Source of the DNA: Paraspadella gotoi
Taxonomy: Eukaryota > Animalia > Chaetognatha
Reading direction: 5' to 3'
Length of the DNA stretch: 64,000 bases
Assembly (NCBI GenBank): GCA_051294375.1
Contig: CM119266.1
Location: forward strand, 27,357,017-27,421,016
Shown here: one piece after another, positions 26,561 to 39,694 of the stretch
Numbering within the stretch: position 1 is the first letter of the stretch
How the letters are laid out: each line of letters opens with the position of its first letter
Notes under the pieces: model-generated
Told to the model about the DNA's origin: nothing
The model's database searches: none
The model's input: the letters and a program-made list of their open reading frames with translations, nothing else
Position numbers and translations under genes: made by a program

Positions 26561-26618
26561 ACACAAATTTGGTTACATCATTTCAGAATTTCAAATAGCT
26601 AATAAACAGACAATAGGT

Positions 26619-26775
26619 ACAGTAGCATCCGTCTAGAATTTCTGAGACGGCAAGCTCTGTAACTCGAGTACAAATGATAATTTGAAAGCGAGTTTTTGTC
26701 TTGTTATCGAGTACTCATATGGCTTCTCCCCCTTTGGTAAGCCATTGCTCTACGACCACTTTTGGGACATAGCAG
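26619..26775 (-). mobile_element. 5'-truncated copy of the tRNA-derived SINE at 29115
   Basis: Reverse complement of about 29200-29355. Confidence 0.65.
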
Positions 26776-27142
26776 TTTCTGGTAAAAATTTAGTCGGATC
26801 TGCTTTTAAGCAGATCCCGATTCTATAATCCACTTTGTCGGTCCGACGGTCCGCCCCCTCAAACTCCAATTACTCGTGATTGGATGGTTGGATTGGAATG
26901 AAATTTTGTGTGTGGGTAGAAAAGTGTGTGATTGAGCTGGATATAAAGTTTCGTTGGAATCGTACAAGTGGAAATGAATTTAAATGGAAAAAACAAAAGT
27001 CAATATTTACTTGAAGTATTTTTACTTATATTTACTCATAATTATTATATTTATTATTCATGGTATAATATTTTCTTTCGTTGTTTTCGAGAGAATAACA
27101 AAGTTTTGATTTAATTTGTACAACGATTTTATTTTGTATCTT

Positions 27143-27186
27143 AGCAGACATGTTTCGGCTCATGAATTTGAGCCTTCATCAGCGCT
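27143..27186 (-). ncRNA. Minimal type I hammerhead ribozyme
   Basis: Minus strand reads agcg-CUGAUGA-a-ggcuc-aaauucau-gagcc-GAAAC-AU-GUC-ugcu. Confidence 0.78.
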
Positions 27187-27985
27187 TTTTACAGTTGTAA
27201 AATTGAACAGATTTTGTGAGTTAAAGAAAGGGAGAGAAAGAGAGAGAGTGAAGAAGAAGTTCAAGGTTAAAGCTTCCAACAAAGAATTGAGAAAGAACAG
27301 TGGTCAGTGGTGAGGACAGATTTTAGACAAGTCCAGTTTGAATAAGTTGTGAAAAAGAAGTGAAAATTTGATGAGAGAGAGAGAGAGATAGAAAAGGGGA
27401 TAGAGAGAGAGAGGAAATATATACAATTACATTTGGCAATGTACAACAGGGATAAAGATAATGGAAACTTGAAATGTTCTGTCTAATAACAATTTGAAAA
27501 TAAATTAATTTGAATTATAAGAAATTGAAGATGAAAAAGAAAATTGAAATTTGATATTTTTAGATTAGAGGGATAGAAGAGTATAGATTGTAGTGAAATA
27601 TAACGATTGAGAAAGAGCTCAAAATGAGCTGGGCCCCCCCCAATTTTCTTTTTCATCTTCAATTTCTTATAATTCAAATTAATTTATTTTCAAATTGTAA
27701 TTAAACAGAACATTTCAAGTTTCCATTATCTTTATCCCTGTTATACATTGCCAAATGTAATTGTATATATTTCCTCTCTCTCTCTCTCTATCCCCCTTTC
27801 TATCTCTCTCTCTCTCATCAAATTTTCACTTCTTTTTCACAACTTATTCAAACTGGCCTTGTCTAAAATCTGTCCTTTCTCAATTCTCTGTTGGAAGCTT
27901 TAACTTAGAACTTCTTCTTCACTCTCTCTCTCTCTCTCTCCCTTTCTTTAACTCACAAAATCTGTTCAATTTTAAAACTGTAAAA

Positions 27986-28029
27986 AGCGCTGATGAAGGC
28001 TCGAATTCATGAGCCGAAACATGTCTGCT
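27986..28029 (+). ncRNA. Minimal type I hammerhead ribozyme (predicted cut after C28025)
   Basis: agcg-CUGAUGA-a-ggcuc-gaauucau-gagcc-GAAAC-AU-GUC-ugcu; palindromic ACAUGU stem III, as in Penelope minimal hammerheads. Confidence 0.78.
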
Positions 28030-29114
28030 AAGATACAAAATAAAATCGTTGTACAAATTAAATCAAAACTTTGTTATATTTATTAAAAATTGTATAGATA
28101 AATTGAAATGAAATTTTGTGTGTTGGTAGGAATTTATGCAATTAAGCTGGAAATAAATTTTTGATGGAATCGGAGTGGAAAAGTTTAAATTAGAAAACCA
28201 AAAGACACATTTATTTGAATTTTTAAACAACGTGTTATGATCACAAATTGAAAGTCAGAAAACATTACCGTGATTTATCATCGGATTAGGTTATTACCAC
28301 TTAATTATCGTAGGCTGATCCGACATTGTTTGCTTAAACTTGTTTTATGCAAACCGAAAACTTAGATTATACTTTTTTCGAAACGATTTCATTCTTTCAT
28401 TCTCTCAATCATTAGCCTATTTATTAATATTGATACAATAGGCGACGATTTATAAAAACAGTTTCAGATGTTTCACAATAAACAACTGGTTAAAAACACT
28501 TAATAAAACACCTTTAGAGCAACGTGAACACGTTCGACGTCGCAGCTCAACGAGGCAACTGACTTTTCCTAAATTTCAAACATTAAAAATAAGCCAGATA
28601 TTCGCTTTATTCTTTGAATTAATCGTCGCGTATCGGGAAACTTGGGACTCGGATGTCGAAATCTCTGACGTCGGACGTTGAGCCGTCCTGCCCCTACGGC
28701 GACGCCCGCGTTGCGCACCGCGACCGCCAATACAATGTCCAGTAGTTTTCTCGGAACGTGTCACAAAAAAGGAGTACCCCAGAGACCAACAAGATAACCA
28801 GAAGACGATTTGGCCGAACGCATGTTAACATTAATGATTTTTTTGTTTGCCCTAAAAAATTAAAAGTGAACTTGCAGCTTTATATAATGAAATTGGTACA
28901 ACCAAAAAATTATCCATTCATTTAATAAATAAGCTGTCTTGCCCCTGACTTTGGACAGGCTTTGGTGGTTTAAGGCCTCCATCACTCTTACAAGATAATT
29001 ACATAGCAGGTCCCTGCAAGCTTTCAATCAAGACTCTTTCACAGTCCCGTTTATTCACTCCCAGAGTACCTGGCTTCCCTATTAAATTTGAACATAATTT
29101 TTTCAAAAATTATT

Positions 29115-29355
29115 TGGCCGAGTGCTTAACGCGTCGGATTTCAACGATACGATGATGTTTCGGGTTCAAATCTGGCTGAAGTTATTTTTTACCATAAGTT
29201 CTGATGTCCCAAAACCGGTCATAGAGCAATGGCTTACCGAAGGGGGAGTAGCCATATGAGTACTTGATAACAAGACAAAAACTCGCTTTCAAATTATCAT
29301 TTGTATTCGAGTTACAGAGCTTGCCGTCTCAGAAATTCTAGACGGATGCTACTGT
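29115..29355 (+). mobile_element. tRNA-derived SINE
   Basis: A box tggccgagtgc (29115), B box ggttcaaatc (29163); body repeated at 26619-26775. Confidence 0.65.
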
Positions 29356-30579
29356 TTTAAGGACACTTCTACTCGCTTTCATTTTTCATTATATTGGGTG
29401 ATTTAAAGACTCGAAAAACTGATTTAAGAGTTGGTCAAAGTGCTATCCTTGCCTTGTTCTATTATTCTTGTATTATTTTCTCTACAATCTTTATTCTTCT
29501 CTATTTTTTGATTAATTTTCTAACTTTTAAAGAAAACAAATTAAATTTTATTAAATTCATCATAATTTCGTTGGTCACGCCATTTTTTTTATCGCCCCAT
29601 ATTTAAATTTGGTAAAAAATGGCAAAAGCTACTTATTTAATTCAGTAGATACTTTTCACATTGAGAACCAGAACTAGTTAAAATGATGATATTGGTAAAA
29701 ACCTGTAGGTGGAGGACCCATTTGATAAATGATGCGGTCTGACTGATTTGAGCCAATTTGTGTGGTGATGGGAGGCGGGGGGGACTTCTATCTAGATGCG
29801 CTTTTCATTCAACCTTTTTTCCTTCAAGAGATGTTGATATGAGAGAGAGCGAGAAAAGAGGAAGAGCGATCCTGAGATTATTTAAAACCCGTCAGCTATT
29901 CATACTTTTTACTCGTTTTTTTTCTCCTATTATCCGAAGATATTTTCAATGAATCAAGTCTGAAAAGATTAAGAAGATATCTTTTAACCAACCATAACCT
30001 AAATGGAAAAAACTTAAGTAAGTTTTGCTTTTCAAATGTCAAATTTCTAATATTTTTCTATAAAATGTTTTTTACTAGATTTACGAATTACTTATTTATT
30101 AATTACAAGCCTTCTCATTTTTTCGTTACTAACGTCACAAAAGTAAAAGTGACATTTACTGTCTTGCCTTTTTCTTTTGCTATCACTTTCAACTAATACA
30201 TTCGTTATAAATTTTCAGAAAATTGAAACGCTTTTTAGCTAAGATCTGTTATCGTCATTAAGGCTGACACACTTGAACCTTTAAGATAAAAAAAGGCTCC
30301 CAACTAAAGTTCGACTCGATCTCTTCCCCCTTCACGTGTTAAATTCGCTTTCCGAAATTAATTCGCTGCCTCGATCTAATTACGAAAAAAATTAACCCTA
30401 CTAATTTATTTTTAGGTTTATCAACGACGCAGGAAAGAAAGACTTTATCCTACCTCTCAACCGGTGTTCGAAGGAAAAAAATACCAGTATTGCAAATGCG
30501 GCGCACGTGACGATTTTTTTTGTCGCGCGCCGCCCAACCATTTTTATTGTCATCACCACTTAAGTTAATTTTTAAAAAA

Positions 30580-32625
30580 ATGGCTTCTGTGTCTGGCCTC
30601 GGGGCGGCCCCGGTCCCGGACCTGGAAGCGCAATTGAAGGAAAAGGACGAACAGATTCGCAACTTGAATCGCCTCTTGGAGAGCAAGGACACGATGATCG
30701 TGGAGCTCCGCTCCCAACTGGACAAGTTCCAATCGGTGCTGCACACAGGAGCCTTGGCACCTTCCCTCTCCGTCGGGGCCAACCGCGTCCAGCGCCTCGG
30801 GATTTCCGCGGAACCTCAGGGCAAAATTCGCGTCAGTGACGTGCGCAACCAGGAGTTGAGCCGTCACGACAAGTCAACCGCCTGTCGTAAGCTCATTCAC
30901 GACGCCATCCTGGACAACGACTTCATGCGCCACTTGGACGAATCGCAGGTCGAGGACGTCGTTGACTGCATGCGACCAGTCGATTTCCCCAAGGACGCCT
31001 TCATAATCAAAGAGGGCGACGCTGGGGCGCAGGTGTTCGTCATGGAAGCCGGCCGGGTCGAAGTGAGCAAGGACGGTCAGAAGCTGCGCACCATGGGCCC
31101 CGGAAAGGTCTTCGGCGAGTTGGCTATTCTTTACAACTGCACCAGGACGGCCACGGTCCGCGCAGTTCAAGACTGCAAGCTGTGGGCGATCGACCGGCCC
31201 GGCTTTCAAACGATCATGATGAAAAACGGCCTCATCAAGCGAGCCGAATACATGGAGATTCTCAAAAGCATCCCCAACTTTTCCGAACTGCCCGAGTCGA
31301 CCATCAGTCGGTTGGCCGACGTTCTGGACGAAGGATGCTACGAGAAGGGACAGTACATCATTCGCCAGGGGGCGAGGGGCGACACCTTCTATATAATCAC
31401 CAAGGGCAAGGTGCGTGTGACCCAGCGCGCCAAAGACGCCAAAGAAGAGTCCCACCTGCGAGATTTAGGGAAGGGCGATTTTTTCGGGGAGAAGGCCTTG
31501 CAGAGCGAGGACATCCGCACGGCCAACGTCATCGCCGACGACGAAGCTGGCGTCGTCTGCCTCACCCTAGATCGGCATTCTTACGCGGCGCTCATCGCCG
31601 ATCTTGGCGAACTAAGGAAGAGTTACGAGGATCTCTCGGCGACGCCTAAAAAAGAGGACGAGTCGTTGGAGGCTCTTAAGCTAAAGGACCTCCAGATCCT
31701 GGCCACTCTCGGAGTGGGCGGGTTCGGCCGCGTCGAACTGGTCAAGATAGCCGGGGAGAACTCTCGTTCCTTCGCTCTCAAAATCATGAAAAAGAAGCAT
31801 ATCGTCGACACCCGGCAACAGGAACACATCATGAACGAGAAGCGTATTATGCGCGGCGCCAACTCCTCCTTTATCGTCAAACTTTACAAGACATTTAAGG
31901 ATCGAAAATACCTCTACATGATGCTCGAAAGCTGCTTGGGCGGCGAGCTCTGGGCGATTCTTCGTGATCGCGTCTACTTCGACGACTCAACCACCCGTTT
32001 CTACATTTGCTGCGTCGTGGAGGCGTTTGCTTACCTGCACGGGCGCGGCATCATCTATCGAGACCTAAAGCCGGAGAATTTGCTCCTTGATGCTCGAGGT
32101 TACGTCAAGCTGGTCGATTTTGGTTTCGCCAAAGTTATTGGGCCCGGCCGCAAGACGTGGACCTTTTGCGGCACGCCCGAATACGTCGCTCCCGAAATTA
32201 TCCTCAACAAAGGACACGACTTCACGGCCGACTACTGGTCCATGGGTATCCTCATCTTCGAGCTGCTCACCGGCAGCCCGCCCTTCACCGCATCTGACCC
32301 AATGAAGACCTACAACATCATCCTCAAAGGGATCGACGCCATTGAGTTTCCGCGCAAAATCACAAAATCCGCGGGCTCGCTCATCAAGAAACTCTGTAGG
32401 GAGGCGCCGACGGAGCGGCTCGGCGTCAAGGGCCTGAAGGACATCGTCAAGAACAAGTGGTTCGAGGGATTTAACTGGGAGGCGCTGCGTGCGCTTACGT
32501 TGAACCCTCCCATTCTGCCGGTCATTCAGTCGCCAATCGACAGCTCCAACTTCGACGATTACCCCCCCGACGTCGATCCTAATCCGCCCGACGACCTCAC
32601 CGGAAATTGGGACAAGGACTTTTGA
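30580..32625 (+). CDS. PRKG1: cGMP-dependent protein kinase (PKG I/foraging-like), intronless CDS
   Basis: N-terminal leucine zipper, pseudosubstrate QRLGISAEP, two cNMP domains ([25 protein letters not shown]), kinase motifs ([28 protein letters not shown]) and C-terminal WDKDF. First ATG at 30580. Confidence 0.96.
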   Translation: MASVSGLGAAPVPDLEAQLKEKDEQIRNLNRLLESKDTMIVELRSQLDKFQSVLHTGALAPSLSVGANRVQRLGISAEPQGKIRVSDVRNQELSRHDKSTACRKLIHDAILDNDFMRHLDESQVEDVVDCMRPVDFPKDAFIIKEGDAGAQVFVMEAGRVEVSKDGQKLRTMGPGKVFGELAILYNCTRTATVRAVQDCKLWAIDRPGFQTIMMKNGLIKRAEYMEILKSIPNFSELPESTISRLADVLDEGCYEKGQYIIRQGARGDTFYIITKGKVRVTQRAKDAKEESHLRDLGKGDFFGEKALQSEDIRTANVIADDEAGVVCLTLDRHSYAALIADLGELRKSYEDLSATPKKEDESLEALKLKDLQILATLGVGGFGRVELVKIAGENSRSFALKIMKKKHIVDTRQQEHIMNEKRIMRGANSSFIVKLYKTFKDRKYLYMMLESCLGGELWAILRDRVYFDDSTTRFYICCVVEAFAYLHGRGIIYRDLKPENLLLDARGYVKLVDFGFAKVIGPGRKTWTFCGTPEYVAPEIILNKGHDFTADYWSMGILIFELLTGSPPFTASDPMKTYNIILKGIDAIEFPRKITKSAGSLIKKLCREAPTERLGVKGLKDIVKNKWFEGFNWEALRALTLNPPILPVIQSPIDSSNFDDYPPDVDPNPPDDLTGNWDKDF

Positions 32626-34646
32626 CGCAGGGGCGGGGAGGGAATTTTAAGTTGCGAGCTATTATGGTTTATCGATCGTTTGAGAGGTTTTATGTGTCGA
32701 TCTTTTTCCTATGCAATCCTTTAATGCAAACATACGTATGTATGTTTTGGTATGGTTGAGGTTGAAAAAAGAGGGGGGGAAAAATTGAAGCTTATGTTTA
32801 TATACATTATTGTTCATTTAGTGCCTCATATGTTTAGTTTGAGATTATTCAAATCAATTCCAAACGATCCTTGACTTTCTTCGTCGTAGAAATATTTTGC
32901 CAGATATATCAATTTAAGCGAGCCTTTTCTATATTTTTCGCTCGCTTCATGAATTCTCTATTTTCACTAGTCATATATCCGATGTTCTAAAAATGGATAC
33001 GAACCCGTTATAATGCTTTTTCGGTTAATTTTACCATAAGTTTTAAAGGCCTTAGGCAGCCCACAATGTTATTTCAAGTAGTTTTGAAATCCTTTGGTTT
33101 ATATGTGATTAATTGCTATGTTTTGATTTTAATTTATTATTCTTATTCACAGATTGTGGACAAGATTGAAATCAACATATATATAATACATATCCTTTTA
33201 TGTTAGTCTATGACAAATCTGTAAAACCTCATGTTTTTTTAAATTAATGTTTTAAAAATTTATTGCCTGTCTCTAAACTTTTGTTCTTAAAATTTTCAAC
33301 TTGTCTTTAAAGATCCAGTTTGTAGCGAACATCGTAATCAAACTGTATTTAAAAAATTGAGTTATTACTTGCTTTTTAACAAAAAGTTTCGAAAAATATA
33401 CTAAAACAGTTTAATTACTTGTTCGATTGATTGATTGTTTGATGCATCTGATCAAGATCTACCCTTATCTTTTCTGTAAGATTTTTATAAAAAATTTACA
33501 AAATCACTTCGTATGGCCACTTTTTTGGGCACCATTTTAAATGGTTGTATAACCTTTTAATACATGTATATAAATACAAAAATCAAAAACATTTTAACAT
33601 TTTATGGGAATAATTAGTAGACCTAATTTAGTCATAAGTTTATTAAATTTGTGAATACTACTTTAGCGAAAAAAATTTTCAACTCGAAATAAAACGGTGA
33701 TCATTATTGACTTTTAATCATGAGAGCTAATTTACAATGAATTCATTCAATCACTACTTTTATACCAATTCTAAGATTGACGTAGGCTCTGAATGTGATT
33801 TCTCAGTTGTTATCTATATTTGAGCTTTGTTATCTAAAACTCCATTTTGTTATTTTAATTGTCGCTGTGTTCACAATCCATTGAAAATCCGGCACCTTTC
33901 GTCAGACCTTCAATTTTTCTAAGCTTGAAACTTATATATTATATAACTGTCCTATTGTATTTACAATTCAACAGTTGAGTAATTTCTTGCAATGGCCGTT
34001 AATTTTGCTTACTAACCTCAACTCTGTAACATTAAATTGAAATGACAGACCCTATAGTCGTAACATAACATTATAATAAGGTCATTGTAAATTCTCTTTT
34101 GATTGTTAAAATTTTATTTTCATTTACGGCGTAATTAATCGTTAATAAATATTTATTTAAAATTATTAGTATCTACGTAATATTGTGATTTTAAATTGGA
34201 GTTGGTTTTTCAGGACATCTAAGAAAAATTTTGCCCGAATTAAAATGGTTTATTTTTTATCTAATCATTTTTCTCTTTCAATTCGCCAAAGCAAGTCTTA
34301 GCCGTGCCTACTGCCTCCCATTTAAACTTTTCATGGAACGATGACACTGTTTCTATTTCTCATCCCGTTGTTATAATAAAAATAAATCCATCCCACGATC
34401 ATAATCAACCTCCAAATCAAACCTTTGTTGAGCGCTGTTGTCACAGGGGTAACCGGCTTTTATTTTCAGTTGTTAGTTCGCGATCTATCGGAAATACTAG
34501 TTGTAGGTAACTAAAAAAATTGAGGGGAAAGAAGAAAATTGGCGAATTTTCGATTAACGAAAGTCACTTAAAAACTTGAAAAATAAATACTAAAAAAAAA
34601 CACAAAAAACAGTGGGCACCGCGACCAAAAAAAATTGTTTGTCACA

Positions 34647-35970
34647 ATGTTGATATACGAATACCGCGTGCTTCTTCCGTTGACGGTGGAGGAATACCAA
34701 GTCGGCCAACTGTACTCCGTTGCTGAGGCCTCTAAAAACGAGACCGGTGGCGGGGAGGGAATCGAGGTCCTGAAAAACGAACCCTTTACGAACAACCCTC
34801 TTATCGGTGACGAGTACGATTCCGGGCAGTATACCCACAAGGTGAGTGAGACATATTCCCACAACCCCACCATCGGGAGGTCACTGAAATTGTTGCTCGT
34901 TCTTTAATGTTATGAGCGTCGTTTAAACGCGAACAAACAATTTTCGAACATTTTTCTCTTTTAAACCCAACCCCTCCTTTCAGCTTTTTCATCTCAAAAG
35001 CAAGGTGCCTAATTATATCAGCGTATTGGCTCCCGAAGGCTCACTGGAGATTGAAGAAGAAGCTTGGAACGCATATCCTTATTGTCGGACGGTTATCACG
35101 AACCCAAAATACATGAAGGACCATTTCTACATAAAAATCGAAACGCTGCATCTGCAGGACAACGGCCAAACAGAAAACGCTCACAAATTAAAAGGAGATT
35201 CGTATAAAAAGCGACAAGTAAGCGGTTAAATAGAATCTACATTCTAAAATATTTGAGGTTCCACTTTTTCCTTTTGTTGATGTTGTGTGGTAGCTTGTAG
35301 TAATGCTTAGTCGAAGAGAATTCACTTAGTTTTATTTTAATACGGTGTTGAATGTGCACTTTACAGACAATAGTTCAAAATTACATAATTCTGCAATCAA
35401 ACCGTTTGATTCAAACGTGGTTTCATTTTCGTGCTTTCGTGAAAAGTCTGGTTGTTTAACCTCACAAGGTTTTGTTTGTAATAGTATGACTAATTGACTA
35501 TGTACTAGACTTACTACTATTGTTTTAAAAGTTTTCTTTCTCCGAAATTTATAGAATTTTGAACTATTATTTTTTCGCTCCCCAAGGTCGTCACTATTGA
35601 TATCGCGAACGATCCAGTAAAATCTTCCGACTACAAACCGGACGAGGATCCCACGAAGTTTCACTCCCAAGTCACTGGACGGGGCCCATTGACGGGCGCC
35701 TGGGCGGGAAAGAGCGAACCGCTTATGTGCGCCTACAAACTAGTCACGTGCCACTTCAAGTGGAGATTTCTCACTGACCGCGTGGAGTCTTTCATCATGA
35801 ACGCGGAGAGGAGGATCTTCACCAACTTTCACCGGCAGGTCTTCTGTTGGTTGGACAAGTGGCACGGAATGACCATGGAAGACATTCGACGGTTGGAGGA
35901 CAAGACGAAGGAGGAGTTGGACAAGCAGATCACCGAGGGTCCCGTCAGAGGCACCAAAGCCACGTCATAG
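34647..35970 (+). CDS. Class I phosphatidylinositol transfer protein (alpha/beta-like); exons 34647-34841, 34984-35217, 35587-35970
   Basis: [82 protein letters not shown]. Confidence 0.96.
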
Positions 35971-38174
35971 CGCGTCAAGGAAATATTTAGATTGGGGTGT
36001 TTTTCTTTAGGAAATACGTGGGGAGAAAAAAGGCCAATCCCATTAGTTTAGCGCTTAGTCGACGCCGGGGGTATAAAGAAAATAAATTTTTATATTATAT
36101 AAAAAAGTTACGGTTTGTCCGCTGAAGTTGTAAATTGTATTGTATGGTCAGGTATCACGAGTTTAAATTAATTTTTTTTTTCACTAGATATAAATATGAA
36201 TAACTTAATATGTAATATTGCCGCGACTATGGAACGCTTTTTTTTTTGCGTTTTCATATTATTGTTCGTAAAAATAGTAAACTCTAAATTATCCAGATAT
36301 ATATTTTTAAATTTTATTTCCTCCAGTTGTTAATAATTCTAGAATCATGAGCAAACTGTTCGAAATGGGTGTTAATGTAAATAAACTAAACAATAGCTTT
36401 TGTATTGAAATTTGGGTGCTAATGTTCGGAATTTTGATTGACGAATAATAATTATAAAGAAACGACCTTGAATTTGATTTTTTTTCGAATTCGAGTGTTT
36501 TTCCCCTCATTCCATATTGTTCTCAAAAATGAGTCTTTAACTGGCATATCTTTTAGTTACGCTTTCTTGTTTGTTTCTTTTTATGCTATTTTGATTTGTT
36601 TTTGATACAAATCGAGTTTTTTATTTCGAAGAACCAAGAATACCGCTTTATAATGTTATTTGAGTTAACATATTCTGTAAATATTTCTATAGAAAGTTTT
36701 ACTAATATTAAAAGTAATTTAAAGTTGTTTTGGTATAATTTTATTATAGCAAATAGATAAGCTCAATTTCAAACTTTTTGTTCGATTATCTTAACTTACT
36801 TCAGTGTTGAGGCTAATATCGAATTGAATTCACTTTTAAAATTTATTTTATTTTACCTAACACTTTTAACATTGATAAAATATAAACATTTTCATCAATC
36901 GATATTGTTTGTAAAGAATCTGTTAATATTGTTATCATGCACAAGGTTTTTTAAAAAAAATGATCAACATGTGTATTTTTTAAATAGGCAAAGGTTTTTT
37001 AATGTCTTGTTATTACTGAAAAAAATTATTCTTCAATGACAATGTTAGATATATTTCATTTATTTGCTTTACTATGAATGTTATAATCTTTAGATTTGAA
37101 ATTTCAATGGCTTTCTGTAAATTATTTTCAGTTTCTCTTTTTATTTTCTCATTATTCTTTTAATTTTTAATTTAATTTTATGCAACTAATTATTTTAATA
37201 TCGTAAAAAAATAAATAAAAAAAAAGATTCATGCCAAAGATTGTAAAATATCCAAACGTAGAAAGATAACGTAAATTTTTTCAGAGCAAAATAAACTTGT
37301 GAAAGTAACTTCCGCTAATAAATACCACGTTAAATTCGATATATTTAATAACGTCACCAGTCTGTGCTCACTGCTCAGTTATTTATCCCTACATTTGATA
37401 TATTTCGTCTAATATAGGATAGTGAAGTGCCATGATGCAATTATTCAAATCAATGAAGTTGGTTTGACTAAAGTTTTTGTCTTTATATCGATATACCTGC
37501 ATAATTCGTTTCTGCACATTATACATTCCTTAATATTTTTTTGAATACGCACATCTGTTGCCCGATCGCTCAGCCTCAGGATCTCATTTTCAGAAAACGA
37601 TTTTATCTGGGTATTTTTTACTGTTATTGAGTATAGACTTGGTGGTCATTTCGATTAGAATTTTTTCTGGGAATATGGTTGAAAGTTTGTTTTAAAATTT
37701 AATTGCTTTTAGACCAAAATAATTCTGTAACAAAAAAAACAAACAATATGGTTAAATCTATACAAATTTTATAATTTATTAAAAATTTGCTTTGTGTTTT
37801 TCTAAACAAATGATTTAGGTTATGGGTGGATATAAAATGTATTCGTATTAATTATATTTGAATGTGTTTATCTTATCGTATCATATAATAACTATTTATT
37901 CTTGTTATTAATGCTGTTAGGAATAATGTTGTGCTTCCAGGGCTGAGACCGTGCAGAAATAGAGGACGAAAAAAGGATTAAGAATTTATTCAAATTAGTT
38001 ATGAATTAGCCTGTATACATCGTGTGAAATGCGCGAATATATGTTAAAATATTTTTAGTTATAAATTTTGTTTTTTTCATAAAATTTCTTGACCAAAATT
38101 TGTTTGCTTTGTAGGTCGCCTTTAATCAGTATCAGAATAATCCGATATTGCAGGCTTAATGCTAAATGGGGTAA

Positions 38175-38334
38175 AATTTTACTTTCGCCGACCGGGGTTT
38201 TGGCGTCTTGAAAATTTATTTAAAAATACTTTCAAAAAATATTACCTAAATAATCTAGTCCTAAACTATCTTAACCCTAAACTACCCCTAAACCACCCTT
38301 AACCTATCCTAACTCCGGTCGCGAAAGTAAAATT
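38175..38334. repeat. Small inverted-repeat element (about 160 bp) with internal telomere-like CCCTAA variants
   Basis: aattttactttcgccgaccggggtt ... aactccggtcgcgaaagtaaaatt. Confidence 0.55.
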
Positions 38335-39694
38335 ATGGTCTTTTTTGGGCGGGGGGGTTTGAAGTCAGTATTTATTATTGTTATCTTTCGTTAGTTATGA
38401 GAAAGCCTAATAAATTGTACGCTGGATGTTTTTGTTTATCTTTAAATTAGTTTCGGTAAGACCACTTATTTTTTCGGTATTAGGTTTATTTGTTTTGATT
38501 CAATTAAACTACAGTAAATGAACGTTTGCTTAATTTATTGTTTTCTTCAGTTCGATTGCTAGATATTGGGAATCTCTATTATTCAGAATGACTTTTCGGG
38601 TTAGAGTTAGAATGTTGTGGGAGTTTCGGGCATTCTTAATATTACTGATTTATGCAACAAACGTGAAATTCCTTTTTTTTTGTATCTGAACTTACTCTTG
38701 GATTATTGGAGCATTTTATTTGTCACTGGTTTAAACGTTTAAGGAAAACGACCAATACAAATTATCTAACCGTCCACGTTATGACTCAAGATTGTTTCGT
38801 TGTTGATTCAGGCTTAGTCAAACCTCGCTACGATTCGTCACTAGCTGAAAATTATCTTATCGTACAAATAGTTTCGTATATCTTTTATTGAAAATATCAA
38901 TATAAGGGAAACATTTTGAAAAGTAACATATTTGTATAAACTAACGAGGACCACGGGATAAAGGACTTTGATTCAGTTTAGAATTGATTTAGTATGAATC
39001 AGCTCTGGTTGTACATCTCTCATGTATTCATCGTATTTTAATTTTAGTAAGAAATTCGACTAGTCGATGGATAATATCATGATTATAATAAGAAAGTGAC
39101 GAACGTGTAGATGGCATTTAGATATTTTTCAATTTCTTAGTAGTATTTCTAAGTATTTTGTTAATTGGATTCTACCGGTGACAAAGTAGGGGCGGGGCGT
39201 AGCCGATTCTATCGCTTTTGGAATCACAAACTTTTTCAGGATGCTTCTGCAGATGGTAAGATCAAATTAACTGGAGAAGATAAACATTTTTGTGAGAAAG
39301 CAAATCTTTTTTAACCACCCATTCAGCCTTAGGTTAATTTGTCGAAAATTTACTGTTTAAGGCTAAGCTTATGGCAAATTTGAACCAAAAAACCAAGGGG
39401 CAACCGATCATGTTAACGACCCCACTCCCCTTCCGATGGCAATTAGGGTCGTAACAAAGCTACCCCCAATTCATTTTGTCAAAAAATTTTGAGTTGAGTG
39501 CGAACTCTGTAAGCTCAATCTCTACTCATTTTTCAAATCTTTTAAGTTCTGATTTTGGTTGAGTATCTCAAATTAAAACGAAGACAGCGCTAGGTACGAT
39601 GAGAGCTTCGTCTCGCCATGTCCCCATTTCGCCTATCGTCGTTCTCTACACCATTTGGGTGGCCGGGGGAGTGTTAAAGGGGTATAATAGACGA

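Larger units (their letters stand above)
27057..28073. mobile_element. Penelope-like fold-back insertion (inverted pLTR-type arms of about 450 bp) with 12-bp TSD
   Basis: Arms about 27096-27548 and 27641-28076 are near-perfect inverted repeats; direct repeat ttatatttatta at 27045-27056 and 28074-28085; each arm carries a hammerhead motif. Confidence 0.8.
26790..28346 (+). mobile_element. HINE family A, copy 2, interrupted by a Penelope-like insertion
   Basis: Both family A termini present; colinear with the copy at about 59600 once 27057-28073 is removed. Confidence 0.72.

Noticed and set aside
26280-29355. Apparent 3-kb composite element with inverted flanks around the hammerhead palindrome
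   Set aside because: The two flanking repeat types are not in mirror order and one also occurs elsewhere, so independent insertions are more likely.
30520-30579. Extended PKG N-terminus from the ORF track
   Set aside because: It starts at TTG; the first ATG, in an A-rich context, is at 30580.
33880-33915. CUGACGA hammerhead-like core on the minus strand
   Set aside because: No stem II closed by GAAA and no cleavage triplet in position.
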